Below are positions 17,883-31,721 of a stretch of DNA of 64,000 bases, piece after piece. How positions within the stretch are numbered: position 1 is the stretch's first letter; each line of letters starts with the position of its first letter. The notes beneath the pieces were generated by a model that was not told the origin of the DNA, did not search any database, and was given only the letters and a program-made list of their open reading frames with translations. Made by a program: the position numbers and the translations under genes. The DNA is from Lysobacterales bacterium (lineage in GTDB: Bacteria > Pseudomonadota > Gammaproteobacteria > Xanthomonadales > SZUA-38). Where the stretch lies: contig CBDBVC010000045.1 in the NCBI GenBank assembly GCA_965212525.1, positions 70,949 through 134,948 on the forward strand. Direction: 5' to 3'.

Positions 17883-18129
17883 CTTTTTGAACGCGCGGTA
17901 GACTATGGCTTCAGTGTGGGTTTTCCCGTGGGCAATTCCGGTTCAGTCGACAGCAGTTGCCACGTTATTGCATGCCTGCCCCCGAACGGGGCTGAGTCAG
18001 TCCGTGTGATTGACCGGCCTGCTATTCTGGGCCACATGTAATCGTAACTCATTGATAAAAAAGAATATATTACCATGCCAGGACGATTTGACCTGGTTTG
18101 GTCCTGGGAGTATGGAGTAGTCGAGCAGC

Positions 18130-19455
18130 ATGAATGTCGATTCCTGGCAGCGCTGTCTGAAACGTCTCGAGCACGATCTGAGTGCCGAAGACTACAATAT
18201 GTGGATCTCGCCGCTACAGGCGCGTGTGGACGATGAGCAGATTCGCCTGCTGGCACCGAACAATTTCGTGCTCGATGCCGTTCGCGACCGCTTTCTCGAT
18301 CGCATCGTGGATCTGCTGCGGGCCGATGTTGACGACTCGGTCGCCATCAATCTGCAGGTCGGTAACCAGGTGGAGCCGGCCGAAAGCAGCACGCCGAATG
18401 ACAGCGCTGCACCAGTCAGCAGGCCTCGCGTAGAGAGCAATCTGGATTCGGGCTATCGATTCGAATCGTTTGTTCTCGGCAAATCCAACGAGATGGCACA
18501 CGCCGCCGCCATGCAGGTAGCCGAGAATCCGGGCGACAGCGCCTACAATCCCCTGTTGCTGTACGGCAGCACAGGACTTGGCAAGACTCACCTGCTGCAC
18601 GCCGTGGGTCATCGCATCAAGGCCGAGAAACCCGATGCCCAGGTGGTGTACCTGAACTCCGAACAGTTCGTCAACGGCATGATTCAGGCGCTGCGCCATA
18701 ACCGCATTGATGAATTCAAGCGTCAGTATCGCTCGGTCGACGCACTTCTGATTGACGACATCCAGTTCTTCGCCGGCAAGGACCGCTCGCAGGAGGAGTT
18801 TTTCCACACCTTCAATTCACTGCTCGATTCCAAACAGCAGATCATGATGACCTGCGACCGCTACCCGAAAGAGGTGGCCGGACTCGAGCCGCGGCTGCGT
18901 TCCCGCTTCGGCTGGGGGCTGAGCATTGCCATTGACCCGCCTGACTTTGAAACCCGGGTGGCGATCCTGATAAGCAAGGCCAATCTGCAGACTCACCCGA
19001 TCGACGAGGAAGTGGCCTTTTTCCTGGCGCGGAAAATTCGTTCCAATGTGCGAGACCTGGAGGGTGCGCTGAACACCCTGATTGCCAACGCCCGTTTTTC
19101 GGGCAAGACCATTTCGCTGGATTTCGCACACGAAACGTTGCGTGACCTGCTCTCTGTACAGGAACGCCTGGTGACAATCAGCAACATCCAGAAAACCGTG
19201 GCCGAGTATTACAAAATACGGGTAGGTGATTTACTATCGAAAACACGCACCCGTTCCATTGCCCGACCCAGACAGCTGGCGATGGCGCTGTCCAAGGAAC
19301 TGACCGATCATTCCTTGCCGGAAATCGGCGATGGCTTTGGCGGACGTGATCACACCACGGTGTTGCACGCCTGTCGCAAGATGGACGAACTGGTAAAGAC
19401 AGATTCCCGGATTCGGGAGGACTATGACAAGATCCTGCACAAACTCACCACCTGA
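18130..19455 (+). CDS. dnaA: Replication initiator DnaA
   Basis: [34 protein letters not shown]. Confidence 0.99.
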   Translation: MNVDSWQRCLKRLEHDLSAEDYNMWISPLQARVDDEQIRLLAPNNFVLDAVRDRFLDRIVDLLRADVDDSVAINLQVGNQVEPAESSTPNDSAAPVSRPRVESNLDSGYRFESFVLGKSNEMAHAAAMQVAENPGDSAYNPLLLYGSTGLGKTHLLHAVGHRIKAEKPDAQVVYLNSEQFVNGMIQALRHNRIDEFKRQYRSVDALLIDDIQFFAGKDRSQEEFFHTFNSLLDSKQQIMMTCDRYPKEVAGLEPRLRSRFGWGLSIAIDPPDFETRVAILISKANLQTHPIDEEVAFFLARKIRSNVRDLEGALNTLIANARFSGKTISLDFAHETLRDLLSVQERLVTISNIQKTVAEYYKIRVGDLLSKTRTRSIARPRQLAMALSKELTDHSLPEIGDGFGGRDHTTVLHACRKMDELVKTDSRIREDYDKILHKLTT

Positions 19456-19737
19456 TATGTCCACATTGTTGTGGTGTTTCGGGCGAGACTGGATAAGTCC
19501 GGTATAAGTGCAGGGACAGTTTGTGGATAAGTTGTGGAGTAAAAATCCGGCCGGATTTATCCACAGGTTCACCACAGGCTATGGACAGGGTTCATCACAG
19601 AAAGATGAACGCAAGTGACTGAATGAAAAGGAAAAACAGAGTTATACATTTATGCACAGCGCTTACTGTTACTACTGTTTTTTTATTTAAGATATTAAAG
19701 ATAACATCAACATTGAACTCGAGCGGAAGATGAATCC
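19456..19737. other. Probable oriC
   Basis: Perfect DnaA boxes at 19522-19530 and 19557-19565, degenerate ones incl. TTATGCACA 19650-19658, then GCGC, TAC trios and an AT-rich tract. Confidence 0.85.
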
Positions 19738-20838
19738 ATGAAATTTAGCATCCAGCGAGAAGCCATACTCAAACCCCTGATGCAAGTGGTCGGTGTGGTA
19801 GAACGTCGACAGACCTTACCTGTGTTGTCCAACCTGTTGGTCAATGCCACTTCGGACGGCATTGTCTTTATCGGTACCGATCTGGAGGTCGAGATGAGGG
19901 CAACCCTGAACCAGCCTGTGGATCAGACGGGTGAAGTCACAATACCTGCCCGCAAGCTGGTGGATATCTGCAAGGCCCTGCCCGATGGTGCCACCGTGGA
20001 TTTCACGGTCAGTGATGACAGGGCAACAATCGTTGGCGGACGCAGTCGCTTTACCCTGGCCACACTACCTGCCACCGAATTTCCGGTGATCGAAGATGTG
20101 GATGTGGATCGCTCAGTTCAGGTAAAACAGGCTGATCTGAAGAAGATTATCGATCGTACATCATTCGCCATGGCAAACCAGGATGTGCGTTACTACCTCA
20201 ATGGCATGTTGCTGGAACTGCAGCCCGAGAGACTTCGGGCCGTGGCTACCGATGGTCATCGTCTGGCGATCTGTGATGCCGAAACCAATACCCAGACCGA
20301 AACCACCACGCAGATGATCATCCCCCGCAAGGGCGTGATCGAACTGCAGCGATTGCTGGATGACAGTGAGGATCAGATCACCATCGAGTTTGGTCAGTCA
20401 CACATACGCGTGATCCTGCTTGATTGCGTGTTTACCTCGAAACTGATTGATGGTCGTTTCCCTGAATACGAGTCGGTCATTCCTGCCGGAGCCGACCAGT
20501 CGCTGTCTGGAGACAAGGACGTGATCTGTCAGGCACTACAGCGAGCCGCCATTCTCTCGAACGAGAAATACCGCGGTGTTCGACTGGAAGTTCAACCGGA
20601 TCGACTGAAGATCATCGCCCACAACCCGGAACAGGAAGAAGCGGTGGATGAGGTTGAAGTCAGCACCAGCGTCAGTGATCTGGCCATGGGCTTCAATGTG
20701 AATTACCTGCTTGATGCCATGAATTCACTGGACGATGAGATGATTGATCTGGCATTCAAGGATGCCAACTCCAGCTGCCTGATTACGGCCCGCGATGACA
20801 TGTCGGCGCGTCACGTGGTCATGCCGCTTCGTCTGTAG
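19738..20838 (+). CDS. dnaN: DNA polymerase III beta clamp
   Basis: GTDLEVE, QDVRYYLNG, ATDGHRL, VVMPLRL. Confidence 0.99.
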   Translation: MKFSIQREAILKPLMQVVGVVERRQTLPVLSNLLVNATSDGIVFIGTDLEVEMRATLNQPVDQTGEVTIPARKLVDICKALPDGATVDFTVSDDRATIVGGRSRFTLATLPATEFPVIEDVDVDRSVQVKQADLKKIIDRTSFAMANQDVRYYLNGMLLELQPERLRAVATDGHRLAICDAETNTQTETTTQMIIPRKGVIELQRLLDDSEDQITIEFGQSHIRVILLDCVFTSKLIDGRFPEYESVIPAGADQSLSGDKDVICQALQRAAILSNEKYRGVRLEVQPDRLKIIAHNPEQEEAVDEVEVSTSVSDLAMGFNVNYLLDAMNSLDDEMIDLAFKDANSSCLITARDDMSARHVVMPLRL

Positions 20839-20864
20839 AACCAAACCCTTGCCGGGCAGATACC

Positions 20865-21932
20865 GTGTACATTGAACGGTTGCAGATACAGGGTGTCCGC
20901 AATCTGACTGATGTTGATATCACGCTGTCGCCCGGTATCAATTTTTTTTCCGGTCTCAATGGTGCAGGCAAGACCAGCCTGCTCGAAGCCGTCTATTCTC
21001 TGGCCACGGGGCGTTCATTCCGTACCGGCCTGCCTCGTGACATAATTCAACACCAGCTGGATCATTTTCGGGTCATTGCCCAGCTGCAACGAGATGATGC
21101 CAGCCACACCCTGGGCCTGGAGCGCAGCGACAAGGAGTGGACGGCACGACTGAACGGATCCAGCTTTGAACGCATCAGCGAACTGGCAGAAAACCTGGTG
21201 ACGCTGGTGTTTCACCCCTCCTCTCACGATCTGATTGAAGGATCGCCCGACAACAGACGACAGTTCATTGATTACACTACGTTCCACGTGGAACATCAGT
21301 TTATCAATCAGTGGCGCACCTACCGGCATTTGCTGAAACAGCGCAATGCGGCCATTCGACATCACCTGGCGGACGAGTCATTCGATTACTGGGAACAACA
21401 GCTTGCCCTCTCAGCTGAGCAACTCTCGCAGCAACGTCAGCTGGTGGTCAACATGATGGCGGACCGCTTCGGTGATCTCGCCGAGGCCATCCTGCCAGAA
21501 TATGCATCACTGAAGCTGTCGTATCACAGCGGCTGGAAATCCGGGGAATCGCTGCTGACTATCCTGCAGACGCAACGCGCCATGGATCGAACCCAGGGCT
21601 ATACCCGGTCGGGACCACATCGGGCCGATTTGCGCATTCTCGGCAAGCAGGGTCGAGTGACCGCACAACTGTCACGAGGCCAGCAGAAAAGCCTGGCACT
21701 GATTCTGATGCTGTGCCAGGCCGAAGTCATTCATGAGGCCCGCGCACTGCAGCCGATTATTCTGCTGGATGACTTTCCGTCAGAACTCGACCCGATCAAA
21801 CAGGCAGATCTGCTGACTCGACTGCAGGAGCTGGACTGTCAGATTCTGCTGACCGGTGTTGAATGCCCACAGGCCATCGAACAGGCGTTTCCTCTGACCA
21901 TGTTCCACGTGGAACATGGCGTGATCAGCTGA
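20865..21932 (+). CDS. recF: DNA replication/repair protein RecF
   Basis: GLNGAGKTSLLEA, GPHRAD, LSRGQQK, LLDD. Confidence 0.97.
   Translation: MYIERLQIQGVRNLTDVDITLSPGINFFSGLNGAGKTSLLEAVYSLATGRSFRTGLPRDIIQHQLDHFRVIAQLQRDDASHTLGLERSDKEWTARLNGSSFERISELAENLVTLVFHPSSHDLIEGSPDNRRQFIDYTTFHVEHQFINQWRTYRHLLKQRNAAIRHHLADESFDYWEQQLALSAEQLSQQRQLVVNMMADRFGDLAEAILPEYASLKLSYHSGWKSGESLLTILQTQRAMDRTQGYTRSGPHRADLRILGKQGRVTAQLSRGQQKSLALILMLCQAEVIHEARALQPIILLDDFPSELDPIKQADLLTRLQELDCQILLTGVECPQAIEQAFPLTMFHVEHGVIS
21280..21295. promoter_or_regulatory. parS site inside recF
   Basis: CGTTCCACGTGGAACA. Confidence 0.85.
21901..21916. promoter_or_regulatory. parS site inside recF
   Basis: Perfect palindrome TGTTCCACGTGGAACA. 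Confidence 0.9.
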
Positions 21933-21983
21933 CCTCGCATCCCCCTCAAGGTGGCTAAAAACCAAGCGTTTGCGGCGAAAAAA

Positions 21984-21992
21984 TGATACAAT
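21984..21992 (+). promoter_or_regulatory. Extended -10 element upstream of gyrB
   Basis: TGATACAAT 28 nt before ATG. Confidence 0.5.
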
Positions 21993-22017
21993 TCAGGGTC
22001 GATCTACGGTTGGGTAA

Positions 22018-24414
<2,397 letters not shown>

Positions 24415-24531
24415 TGAGGCACAGCTGCCGGTGAACAAACAGGTTGCTGCTTTTGGGTAATTGCGCCCATCGTTGAACAAACAGGGACCATTATTCATGA
24501 TCGTCGCTGATCGAGCAGCGAAACTGTTTAG

Positions 24532-25281
24532 TCAGCAGCCCACCTGACGATACAGCACTTCGGTTTCCTGCTCGATCCACTCGCGCCCGTCTCTGGTGAT
24601 TTCCCTGGCCGTTCTTCCCCCGGTTTCAACCAGTGGGCGCACCCGGAAGGTAATCGTGCCGGGACGTGAAAACAGCAGGGTCTTGGCCGGCCAGAAACAG
24701 CCGCAATTGTGAGTCATGCAGAGCAGCGGCGCGTCGGTGGCTTCGGCAAGTATGCCGCCGCCGGACTTGAAGGTCTTCTTCTGCCCGACAGGCACTCGCG
24801 TACCCTCCGGAAAGATGCTGATGGCCTGGCCGGCAGCCAGTTTCCGGCCGCCCTTTTTGAGAATCTGTTCCACCGCGTTGTTGCCATCAGAACGGTCGAT
24901 CCAGATCGGGCTCAGCGACGCCAGCCCCCAGCCAAAGAAGGGAATGTAGAAGGCTTCTTTCTTGACGATCCAGCGTACGCGCGGAAACTTGCCCTGGATA
25001 ATGAAGGTCTCCAGCGTGGAGTTGTGCTTGGAGTACAGAATGTAGGGCCCTTCCGGAATGTGTTCCATGCCCTCGAAGCTGATGCGAACGTTGACCAGCA
25101 CCCGCATCGAGCCGATGAAATATCGAATGTAGTTGTTGGTCCAGCGCGAACGAAGATTCAGCGGCAGGATAAAGCCCGCCAGCACCATGGTGGGCGTGAA
25201 GATCATCAGGCTGACGGCGATGTTGATCAGCATCAGAACGGCACGAAATTTGAACCAGGCTCGCCCAAGCGCAGTCTTCAT
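24532..25281 (-). CDS. 1-acyl-sn-glycerol-3-phosphate acyltransferase (PlsC-like)
   Basis: KHNSTLET, FPEGTR; ATGA overlap with upstream gene. Confidence 0.85.
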   Translation of the reverse strand: MKTALGRAWFKFRAVLMLINIAVSLMIFTPTMVLAGFILPLNLRSRWTNNYIRYFIGSMRVLVNVRISFEGMEHIPEGPYILYSKHNSTLETFIIQGKFPRVRWIVKKEAFYIPFFGWGLASLSPIWIDRSDGNNAVEQILKKGGRKLAAGQAISIFPEGTRVPVGQKKTFKSGGGILAEATDAPLLCMTHNCGCFWPAKTLLFSRPGTITFRVRPLVETGGRTAREITRDGREWIEQETEVLYRQVGC

Positions 25282-25763
25282 GCCGGCAGCCCTTCCTGTG
25301 CCAGTGACTGCATCAGTTTTTCCGGTTCCTCCGGGTCGACGATAACCGAACACACCAGGGGTTCATCCGCATCCAGACCGCAGGTGCTGATGGTTTCTGC
25401 GCGGTCATCGATGAGGATATAACCACGACCGTCATCGCCGCGACTGATGGATGCCTGATGGTGAATCTGTTCCAGGCAGCTGGCCAGACGGGTGGACTGC
25501 TCTGCGTCGTGATGAAAGAAAAACCGGTCAATCCGGCCGCCGTATTCCTCGAAGGCCAGGCTCAGCTTGCGGTTCAGCTGGTGGGTAAACGACATGTGTT
25601 CAATGGTTGAACACGTGAGGTTGATCACGGTACCGCCATGCCGACACAGCAATGGCGCCAGACGCAAGACCAGACCTTCACGGATCCTGATCTGATCAAT
25701 GCCCTGCAGACTGTCATCGATGTCGTACAGACAACGGTCGGTGATGATCAGCCGGCTCAGCAT
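25278..25763 (-). CDS. Divergent GmhB-like HAD-fold protein
   Basis: Occupies the gmhB position between glyS and plsC; LIITDR, GGRIDRFFF, ILIDD remnants. Confidence 0.5.
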   Translation of the reverse strand: MLSRLIITDRCLYDIDDSLQGIDQIRIREGLVLRLAPLLCRHGGTVINLTCSTIEHMSFTHQLNRKLSLAFEEYGGRIDRFFFHHDAEQSTRLASCLEQIHHQASISRGDDGRGYILIDDRAETISTCGLDADEPLVCSVIVDPEEPEKLMQSLAQEGLPA

Positions 25764-25776
25764 GTCGGTATGAGCC

Positions 25777-27882
25777 TCATGCGGATTCGGTATCCAGCAA
25801 CGATATGTCGGCAACGGCGTCGAACTGTTGTTTAATTGTGGCCAAAAGACGCAACCTGTTCTGTTTCAGGGATTCATCATCAACCATCACCATGACGTCG
25901 TCAAAAAAACTGTCGATGGGCTGACGCAGCGATGACAGGGTATTCAGAACATCCTGATAGGCGGCATTGCCCAGCAAAGGCGCCGTTTGTGAAATACGGT
26001 CGGCAAGATCGGTGTAGAGCGTGCTTTCGGACCCCTCGGTCAACAGACTGGTATCCACCGGTTCGATCTCAGCATCGCTGTCCATGCCGGACTTGCGCAG
26101 AATGTTGCCGATGCGCTTGTTGGCCACGGCCAGTGACTGTGCAGTTTCTGCCTGGGATTCGGTGAAGCTGCGGCAGGCACGTATTCGGGCATCAAAATCA
26201 GTCAGTGTGGTGATGTGCCTGGCCCAGACCGAGTTGAACTGTTCCTGGCTGAAGCCCTGTGCCAGGTAATACGAGCGCAGGCGCTCGATAACAAACTCGA
26301 TGATGTCATCACGCTGATCCGTGGCCGTTTCGATGTGCTGGCTGATGCCGCACAGTGCCTGATCGACGCAGGTTGCCAGGTCGAGTTTCAGCTCCAGTTC
26401 GATGAGCAACCGGACGATGCCATTGGCCGCACGGCGCAGCGCGAAGGGGTCGCGGTTGCCTGTGGGCTTGAGGCCTGCGGCAAAGATACCGCAAAGGGTA
26501 TCGAGCCGTTCACTCAGCGCGAGCAGGACGGCGGTATCACCCGAGGGCAGGTCATCGCTGGCTGTTTTCGGCTGGTAATGACCGGACAGTGCCGAGGCGA
26601 CTTCTGCAGCCTCGCCCTGGATGCGGGCATAGTGCTCGCCCATGATGCCCTGCAATTCGGGAAACTCACCCACCATGTCGGACAGCAGGTCGCATTTGTA
26701 CAGCTGTGCCGCGCGTTCATGGTGATCGGAATTCAGGCCAGCCGGGCCGGCCAGCTCCAGACCCAGCCTGGACACCCGGCGAATCTTGTCGCCCAGGGAT
26801 CCAAGATCTTTCTGATAGACAACAGAGTCAAGCGCGGGGATCAGGGCATCCAGCGGCTGTTTCTGATCCTGCTGCCAGAAGAATCGGGCATCGGCCAGAC
26901 GCGGCCTGATGACACGTTCGAGCCCGTCGATGACGGACGCCTCGTTGCTGCTTTCAAGGTTGGCCGTGGCCAGGAAACGCGCCACAAGCCTGCCATTCTG
27001 ATCCAGCAGTGGAAAGAATTTCTGGTGATTCTGCATGCTGGAGATCAGCGCCTGATGCGGCACATCAAGAAACTCGCTATCAAACGAGCCGCACACCACA
27101 CTTGGCCATTCGACCAGTGCAGTCACTTCATCCAGCAGTGCGTCCTCGACATGGGCGACGGCGCCGACACTGGCGGCGACCTCGTCGGCCTGTTGCCGTA
27201 CGGTATCGCGTCGCTGATGCTGGTCGGCCATGACATGGGCCGGCAGCAGCACATCCGGGTACTGATCGGCGTGTGTCAGCGCAACCGGCGCCGGATGATG
27301 GAAACGGTGGCCCATGGAGGAGGTGCCAAATTCAATGCCGAACAGCTCACCTTCGATGGGTTGATCATCGAGCAGGGCCACAATCCAGTGAACCGGTCGT
27401 ACAAAGCTGTCCTCACGGTCGCCCCAGCGCATGGCCTTGGGCACGGGCAGCGATTGCAGGGCCTTGTCGATGATTGATTCGATGAATGAATCAGTGGCCT
27501 GGCCCGGGATGTTGCGCACAATACCCAGGCGCTCACCCTTGTCGGTTTCGACACGTTCCAGATCACTTACTTCGACACCCACCGAACGGGCAAATCCGGC
27601 CGCGGCCGGCGTTGGGTTGCCATCGGCATCAAAGGCTGCCTGAACCGCAGGCCCTAGCCGGGTTTCACTGCGATCGGCCTGATGTGCCGGCAGACCGGCA
27701 ATCCGGACCGCCATGCGACGCGGTGCCGCAAAGTAGCGACTGTCCTTGCTGTCGTGTGGCAGTGACAGCTCGTCGAGCTGTCGGCTGATCGACTCATGCA
27801 GGGCCGAAGCCAGGGCATTGAGGCTTTTCGGCGGCAGCTCTTCGGTGCCGATTTCAACCAGCAGTGTCTTCAGATCAGCCAT
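25777..27882 (-). CDS. glyS: Glycine-tRNA ligase beta subunit
   Basis: [26 protein letters not shown]. Confidence 0.98.
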   Translation of the reverse strand: MADLKTLLVEIGTEELPPKSLNALASALHESISRQLDELSLPHDSKDSRYFAAPRRMAVRIAGLPAHQADRSETRLGPAVQAAFDADGNPTPAAAGFARSVGVEVSDLERVETDKGERLGIVRNIPGQATDSFIESIIDKALQSLPVPKAMRWGDREDSFVRPVHWIVALLDDQPIEGELFGIEFGTSSMGHRFHHPAPVALTHADQYPDVLLPAHVMADQHQRRDTVRQQADEVAASVGAVAHVEDALLDEVTALVEWPSVVCGSFDSEFLDVPHQALISSMQNHQKFFPLLDQNGRLVARFLATANLESSNEASVIDGLERVIRPRLADARFFWQQDQKQPLDALIPALDSVVYQKDLGSLGDKIRRVSRLGLELAGPAGLNSDHHERAAQLYKCDLLSDMVGEFPELQGIMGEHYARIQGEAAEVASALSGHYQPKTASDDLPSGDTAVLLALSERLDTLCGIFAAGLKPTGNRDPFALRRAANGIVRLLIELELKLDLATCVDQALCGISQHIETATDQRDDIIEFVIERLRSYYLAQGFSQEQFNSVWARHITTLTDFDARIRACRSFTESQAETAQSLAVANKRIGNILRKSGMDSDAEIEPVDTSLLTEGSESTLYTDLADRISQTAPLLGNAAYQDVLNTLSSLRQPIDSFFDDVMVMVDDESLKQNRLRLLATIKQQFDAVADISLLDTESA

Positions 27883-28801
27883 GGGACACCTCCGCATCAC
27901 TCTCCTGCTGGCCGATGGGAAAACCCAGGGCTTCGCGGCGGTCGTAATAGGCCTGAGCCACGGATTTGGCCATTTCACGAACCCGCAGGATGTATCGCTG
28001 GCGCTCGGTCACCGAAATGGCCTTGCGTGCATCCAGCAGGTTGAAACAGTGGCTGGCCTTGAGCACCATCTCATAGGCGGGCAGCGGCAGGGCCGCCTCG
28101 ATCAGCTTGGCACACTCTGCATGACAGTGGTCGAACTGGGCAAACAGCTGTTCGACATCGGCATGCTCGAAATTGTAGGCCGACATCTCGACCTCGTTCT
28201 GGTGGTAGACCTCGCCATAGGTGATGGCGCGACCGTCACTGTGGGTCCACACCAGATCAAAAACACTGTCCACGTTCTGCAGGTACATCGCCAGTCGTTC
28301 CAGCCCGTAGGTAATTTCCCCGGTGACTGGTTTGCAATCGAGTCCGCCAGCTTGCTGGAAATAGGTGAACTGGGTGATCTCCATGCCATTGAGCCAGACT
28401 TCCCAACCAATACCCCAGGCACCGAGTGTGGGTGATTCCCAGTTGTCCTCGACGAAGCGGATGTCATGTTCGAGAGGATCGATGCCGACAGCGCGCAATG
28501 AACCCAGGTAGAGCTCCTGGATATCGAGCGGCGAGGGCTTGAGCACCACCTGGTACTGATAGTAGTGCTGCAGGCGATTGGGGTTTTCGCCGTAACGGCC
28601 GTCGGTGGGACGGCGGCAGGGCTGCACATAGGCCGCCCGCCAGGGTTCAGGCCCGATGGCGCGCAGGAAGGTGGCTGGGTGAAAGGTGCCCGCGCCCACT
28701 TCCAGATCGAGCGGCTGGATCAGCACACATCCGCTGCGCGACCAGTAATCGTTTAGCGCCTGGATGAACTGCTGGAATGTTTCCGGTGTCTGAATGGTCA
28801 T
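27875..28801 (-). CDS. glyQ: Glycine-tRNA ligase alpha subunit
   Basis: [32 protein letters not shown]. Confidence 0.99.
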   Translation of the reverse strand: MTIQTPETFQQFIQALNDYWSRSGCVLIQPLDLEVGAGTFHPATFLRAIGPEPWRAAYVQPCRRPTDGRYGENPNRLQHYYQYQVVLKPSPLDIQELYLGSLRAVGIDPLEHDIRFVEDNWESPTLGAWGIGWEVWLNGMEITQFTYFQQAGGLDCKPVTGEITYGLERLAMYLQNVDSVFDLVWTHSDGRAITYGEVYHQNEVEMSAYNFEHADVEQLFAQFDHCHAECAKLIEAALPLPAYEMVLKASHCFNLLDARKAISVTERQRYILRVREMAKSVAQAYYDRREALGFPIGQQESDAEVSHG

Positions 28802-29057
28802 TGTTGTTATGGCCCTGCAAACTGGCACAGGCTGTGAATCGTGATCAGAGCGCTGTCCGGCCTGGTTCGGGGATCCTTTCTGGATCGTACAAAAGACCGG
28901 GCATTATAAGTCAATTAATGTCCGGATGCCTGATTTTACTGGTAGGATTAGAACAGTAACATCATCAAAAACGCAGTCTGGACGGGTTTTATGGTAATCA
29001 GGGACCAGAATTCCCGAACCTGCAGGGGAAAACCGATTTCAGGAGTGCGATGGAACG

Positions 29058-30974
29058 ATGAGTCAAAACGAGATATCCGACGACCGCACGGCCAGTGACC
29101 CGACACAGGGCAGCGATCGCGTCAGGAGCAGTGACGAGCAGTGGCTCGACAAGCGCCGGCGAAAGCAGCCGGTGCAGTTCAAGAAGGGCAGCCGTATCGA
29201 GCTCGACACCCTGCTCGATGCACTGGTCCAGGACGGCATGCTGGATCACTACGACGCCAACCTGATCCGTGCGTCCACCACCAGTGACTCCACGCTCAGT
29301 CTTCACCCGCTGGTACTGGTGGCCAATCGCAAGCTCGAACACGCCAAATCAGCGGACGGCCACCTCGATCTGGAAACCCTGACGCGCTGGCTGGCCAAAC
29401 GGGCCGATCTGGACTACATGCAGATCGACACCATGAAAGTCGATGTGGATCAGGTCACCACCATGATTTCTCAGGCCTATGCGCGCCAGTATTCCCTGTT
29501 GCCGGTCTACTTGGACCAGCACCAGGCCATGATCGCCACCTGTGAACCGTTTCTGCTGAGCTGGCTACCGGACCTGACATCGATCCTTGGCAAGGACATC
29601 AAGGTGGTGATGACCGATCCGCTGACGCTGAACCGTCATCTGCTCGAGTTCTACGGCGTCACTCGATCGATCAAGCAGGCGGTCGACTCGAAGATGCGCG
29701 GTGACAGCGAGAAGATCCTCAATTTCGAGCAATTGCTGGAACTGGGTGAAAGCCACAAACTGACCGCTGACGACAAGTCCATCATCTATATTGTTGACTG
29801 GTTACTGCAGTTTGCCTTCGATCAGCGCGCCTCGGACATTCACCTGGAACCACGTCGTGATCGATCAAACGTACGGTTCAGAATCGACGGTGACCTGCAT
29901 CAGGTGTACCAGATGCCGACCATTGTCATGCACGCGGTCAACTCGCGTATCAAGATACTGGGCCGCATGGATGTGGCCGAGAAACGTCGCCCCCAGGACG
30001 GGCGTATCAAGACCCGAACTCCGGACGGCAAGGAAATCGAGCTGCGCCTGTCGACCATGCCGACAGCCTTCGGTGAAAAATGCGTCATGCGCATATTCGA
30101 CCCGGACCTGGTCACGCGACATTTCGGTGACCTTGGATTCTCCGAGCCGGAACAGGAACTATGGCGAAACATGGTGGAGCGCCCCAACGGCATTGTACTG
30201 GTGACCGGCCCGACCGGTTCGGGCAAGACCACCACGCTGTACAGCACGCTCAAGCACCTGGCGCAACCGGAGATCAATGTCTGCAGCATTGAAGACCCGA
30301 TCGAGATGGTGATGACGGAATTCAACCAGATGCAGGTGCAGAACGCCATTGATGTCACCTTCGCGCAGGGGGTTCGAACCCTGCTGAGGCAAGACCCCGA
30401 CATTATCATGATCGGTGAGATCAGAGATCTGGAAACCGCGCAGATGGCTATTCAGGCCTCGCTCACCGGACATCTGGTGCTGTCAACACTGCACACCAAT
30501 GATGCGCCGTCAGCCATTGTGCGACTGATCGATCTGGGTGTGCCGCATTATCTGCTGCGCGGTACGCTCACTGGTGTGGTGGCACAGCGACTGGTACGAA
30601 CACTGTGTGCCGAGTGCAAACAGCCGGGTGAACTGAGTATTGATGCCTGGGCAGCACTGACAGCTCACTGGCAGGCGGATTATCCCGAGACCATCAACAA
30701 GCCGGTGGGCTGCAAGACCTGTCGCAACACCGGGTACCGGGGACGAACGGCCATTTACGAGATGTTGCCGATCAGCCCGGCCGTGTCCACGCTGATCAAC
30801 CAGGATGTCGACTATCAGGCACTGGTCGAGCTGGCCTACAATCAGGGCATGAAACCATTGCGGGTTGCTGCCGCACACAAGGTATCCAGTGGATTGACCA
30901 CTATCGAGGAAGTGGCCAAGGTGTTGCCGCCACCGGTCAATCGTAACCCGGACAGGTCTGCAGACAGCACCTGA
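29058..30974 (+). CDS. GspE/PulE/PilB family secretion ATPase
   Basis: ASDIHLEP, PQDGR, GPTGSGKTTTLY, LRQDPD, CAEC...CKTC. Confidence 0.95.
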   Translation: MSQNEISDDRTASDPTQGSDRVRSSDEQWLDKRRRKQPVQFKKGSRIELDTLLDALVQDGMLDHYDANLIRASTTSDSTLSLHPLVLVANRKLEHAKSADGHLDLETLTRWLAKRADLDYMQIDTMKVDVDQVTTMISQAYARQYSLLPVYLDQHQAMIATCEPFLLSWLPDLTSILGKDIKVVMTDPLTLNRHLLEFYGVTRSIKQAVDSKMRGDSEKILNFEQLLELGESHKLTADDKSIIYIVDWLLQFAFDQRASDIHLEPRRDRSNVRFRIDGDLHQVYQMPTIVMHAVNSRIKILGRMDVAEKRRPQDGRIKTRTPDGKEIELRLSTMPTAFGEKCVMRIFDPDLVTRHFGDLGFSEPEQELWRNMVERPNGIVLVTGPTGSGKTTTLYSTLKHLAQPEINVCSIEDPIEMVMTEFNQMQVQNAIDVTFAQGVRTLLRQDPDIIMIGEIRDLETAQMAIQASLTGHLVLSTLHTNDAPSAIVRLIDLGVPHYLLRGTLTGVVAQRLVRTLCAECKQPGELSIDAWAALTAHWQADYPETINKPVGCKTCRNTGYRGRTAIYEMLPISPAVSTLINQDVDYQALVELAYNQGMKPLRVAAAHKVSSGLTTIEEVAKVLPPPVNRNPDRSADST

Positions 30975-31033
30975 GCCAGGTATTTGTGACAGCGAATGGG
31001 CGGTAACCGGGTCCTGATGAGACAGACCGTCAC

Positions 31034-31633
31034 ATGTCGAGGAATTCCACCATGTTCAAGCCCGTATCAAGAGTCGCCCGCATACTGACCCAGATCATTG
31101 CCTGCCTGCTGCTGCTGCCGCATGTCGGCTGGTCACAAACTGAGCAGGGCAACACTACAGAGGAGCCCGTCGCCAGCGCGACAATGACGGCAGAAAAACT
31201 CGATGAAATGGTACGCATCATCGATTCGGAGGCCGTTCGCGAAGGGTCACAGTGGCAGTTCGTGTTCGGTGAGATCACCCTGATCATGGTGATCGATGTC
31301 AATGCCGACCGGATGCGCCTCATCACGCCAATCGAAGCGGTTGATCCTGATGATGAGCATCTGCTGATGCGACTGATGCAGGCCAATTTCGACGCGGCAC
31401 TGGATGCGCGCTATGCGGTTGCGCAGGAGATCATCTGGGGCACGTTCATCCATCCGCTATCGAGCCTGACTGAGCGCGATTTCGCATCGGCCGTGTTTCA
31501 GACAGCGAACCTGGCCACCAGCTACGGCAGTACCTACTCCTCGGGCCTGTTCACCTTTGGTGGCGGCGACAGCCAGGAGGAATATCGAAAACTGCTGCAG
31601 AAACTGCAGCAAAATGACCCCTCGTCGACCTGA
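31034..31633 (+). CDS. Exported YbjN/CesT-like chaperone-fold protein
   Basis: Signal peptide; ADRMRLITPI, LMQANFD..LDARYA. Confidence 0.6.
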   Translation: MSRNSTMFKPVSRVARILTQIIACLLLLPHVGWSQTEQGNTTEEPVASATMTAEKLDEMVRIIDSEAVREGSQWQFVFGEITLIMVIDVNADRMRLITPIEAVDPDDEHLLMRLMQANFDAALDARYAVAQEIIWGTFIHPLSSLTERDFASAVFQTANLATSYGSTYSSGLFTFGGGDSQEEYRKLLQKLQQNDPSST

Positions 31634-31721
31634 GTCGTCAGACACAGAATAATCAACCAGCTGGCGGATTACCGCTCACGTAGCCGTTGTCCACCAGGAC
31701 GCAACAGACAGGAAGCAGAAC

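Noticed and set aside
17502..18129. ncRNA or small gene in the long rpmH-dnaA spacer
   Set aside because: Only short inverted repeats and DnaA boxes; nothing supportable.
26215..27477. Long antisense ORFs (also 45602-46723, 53636-54808, 40747-41610)
   Set aside because: Shadows of GC-rich genes on the opposite strand, with no motifs.
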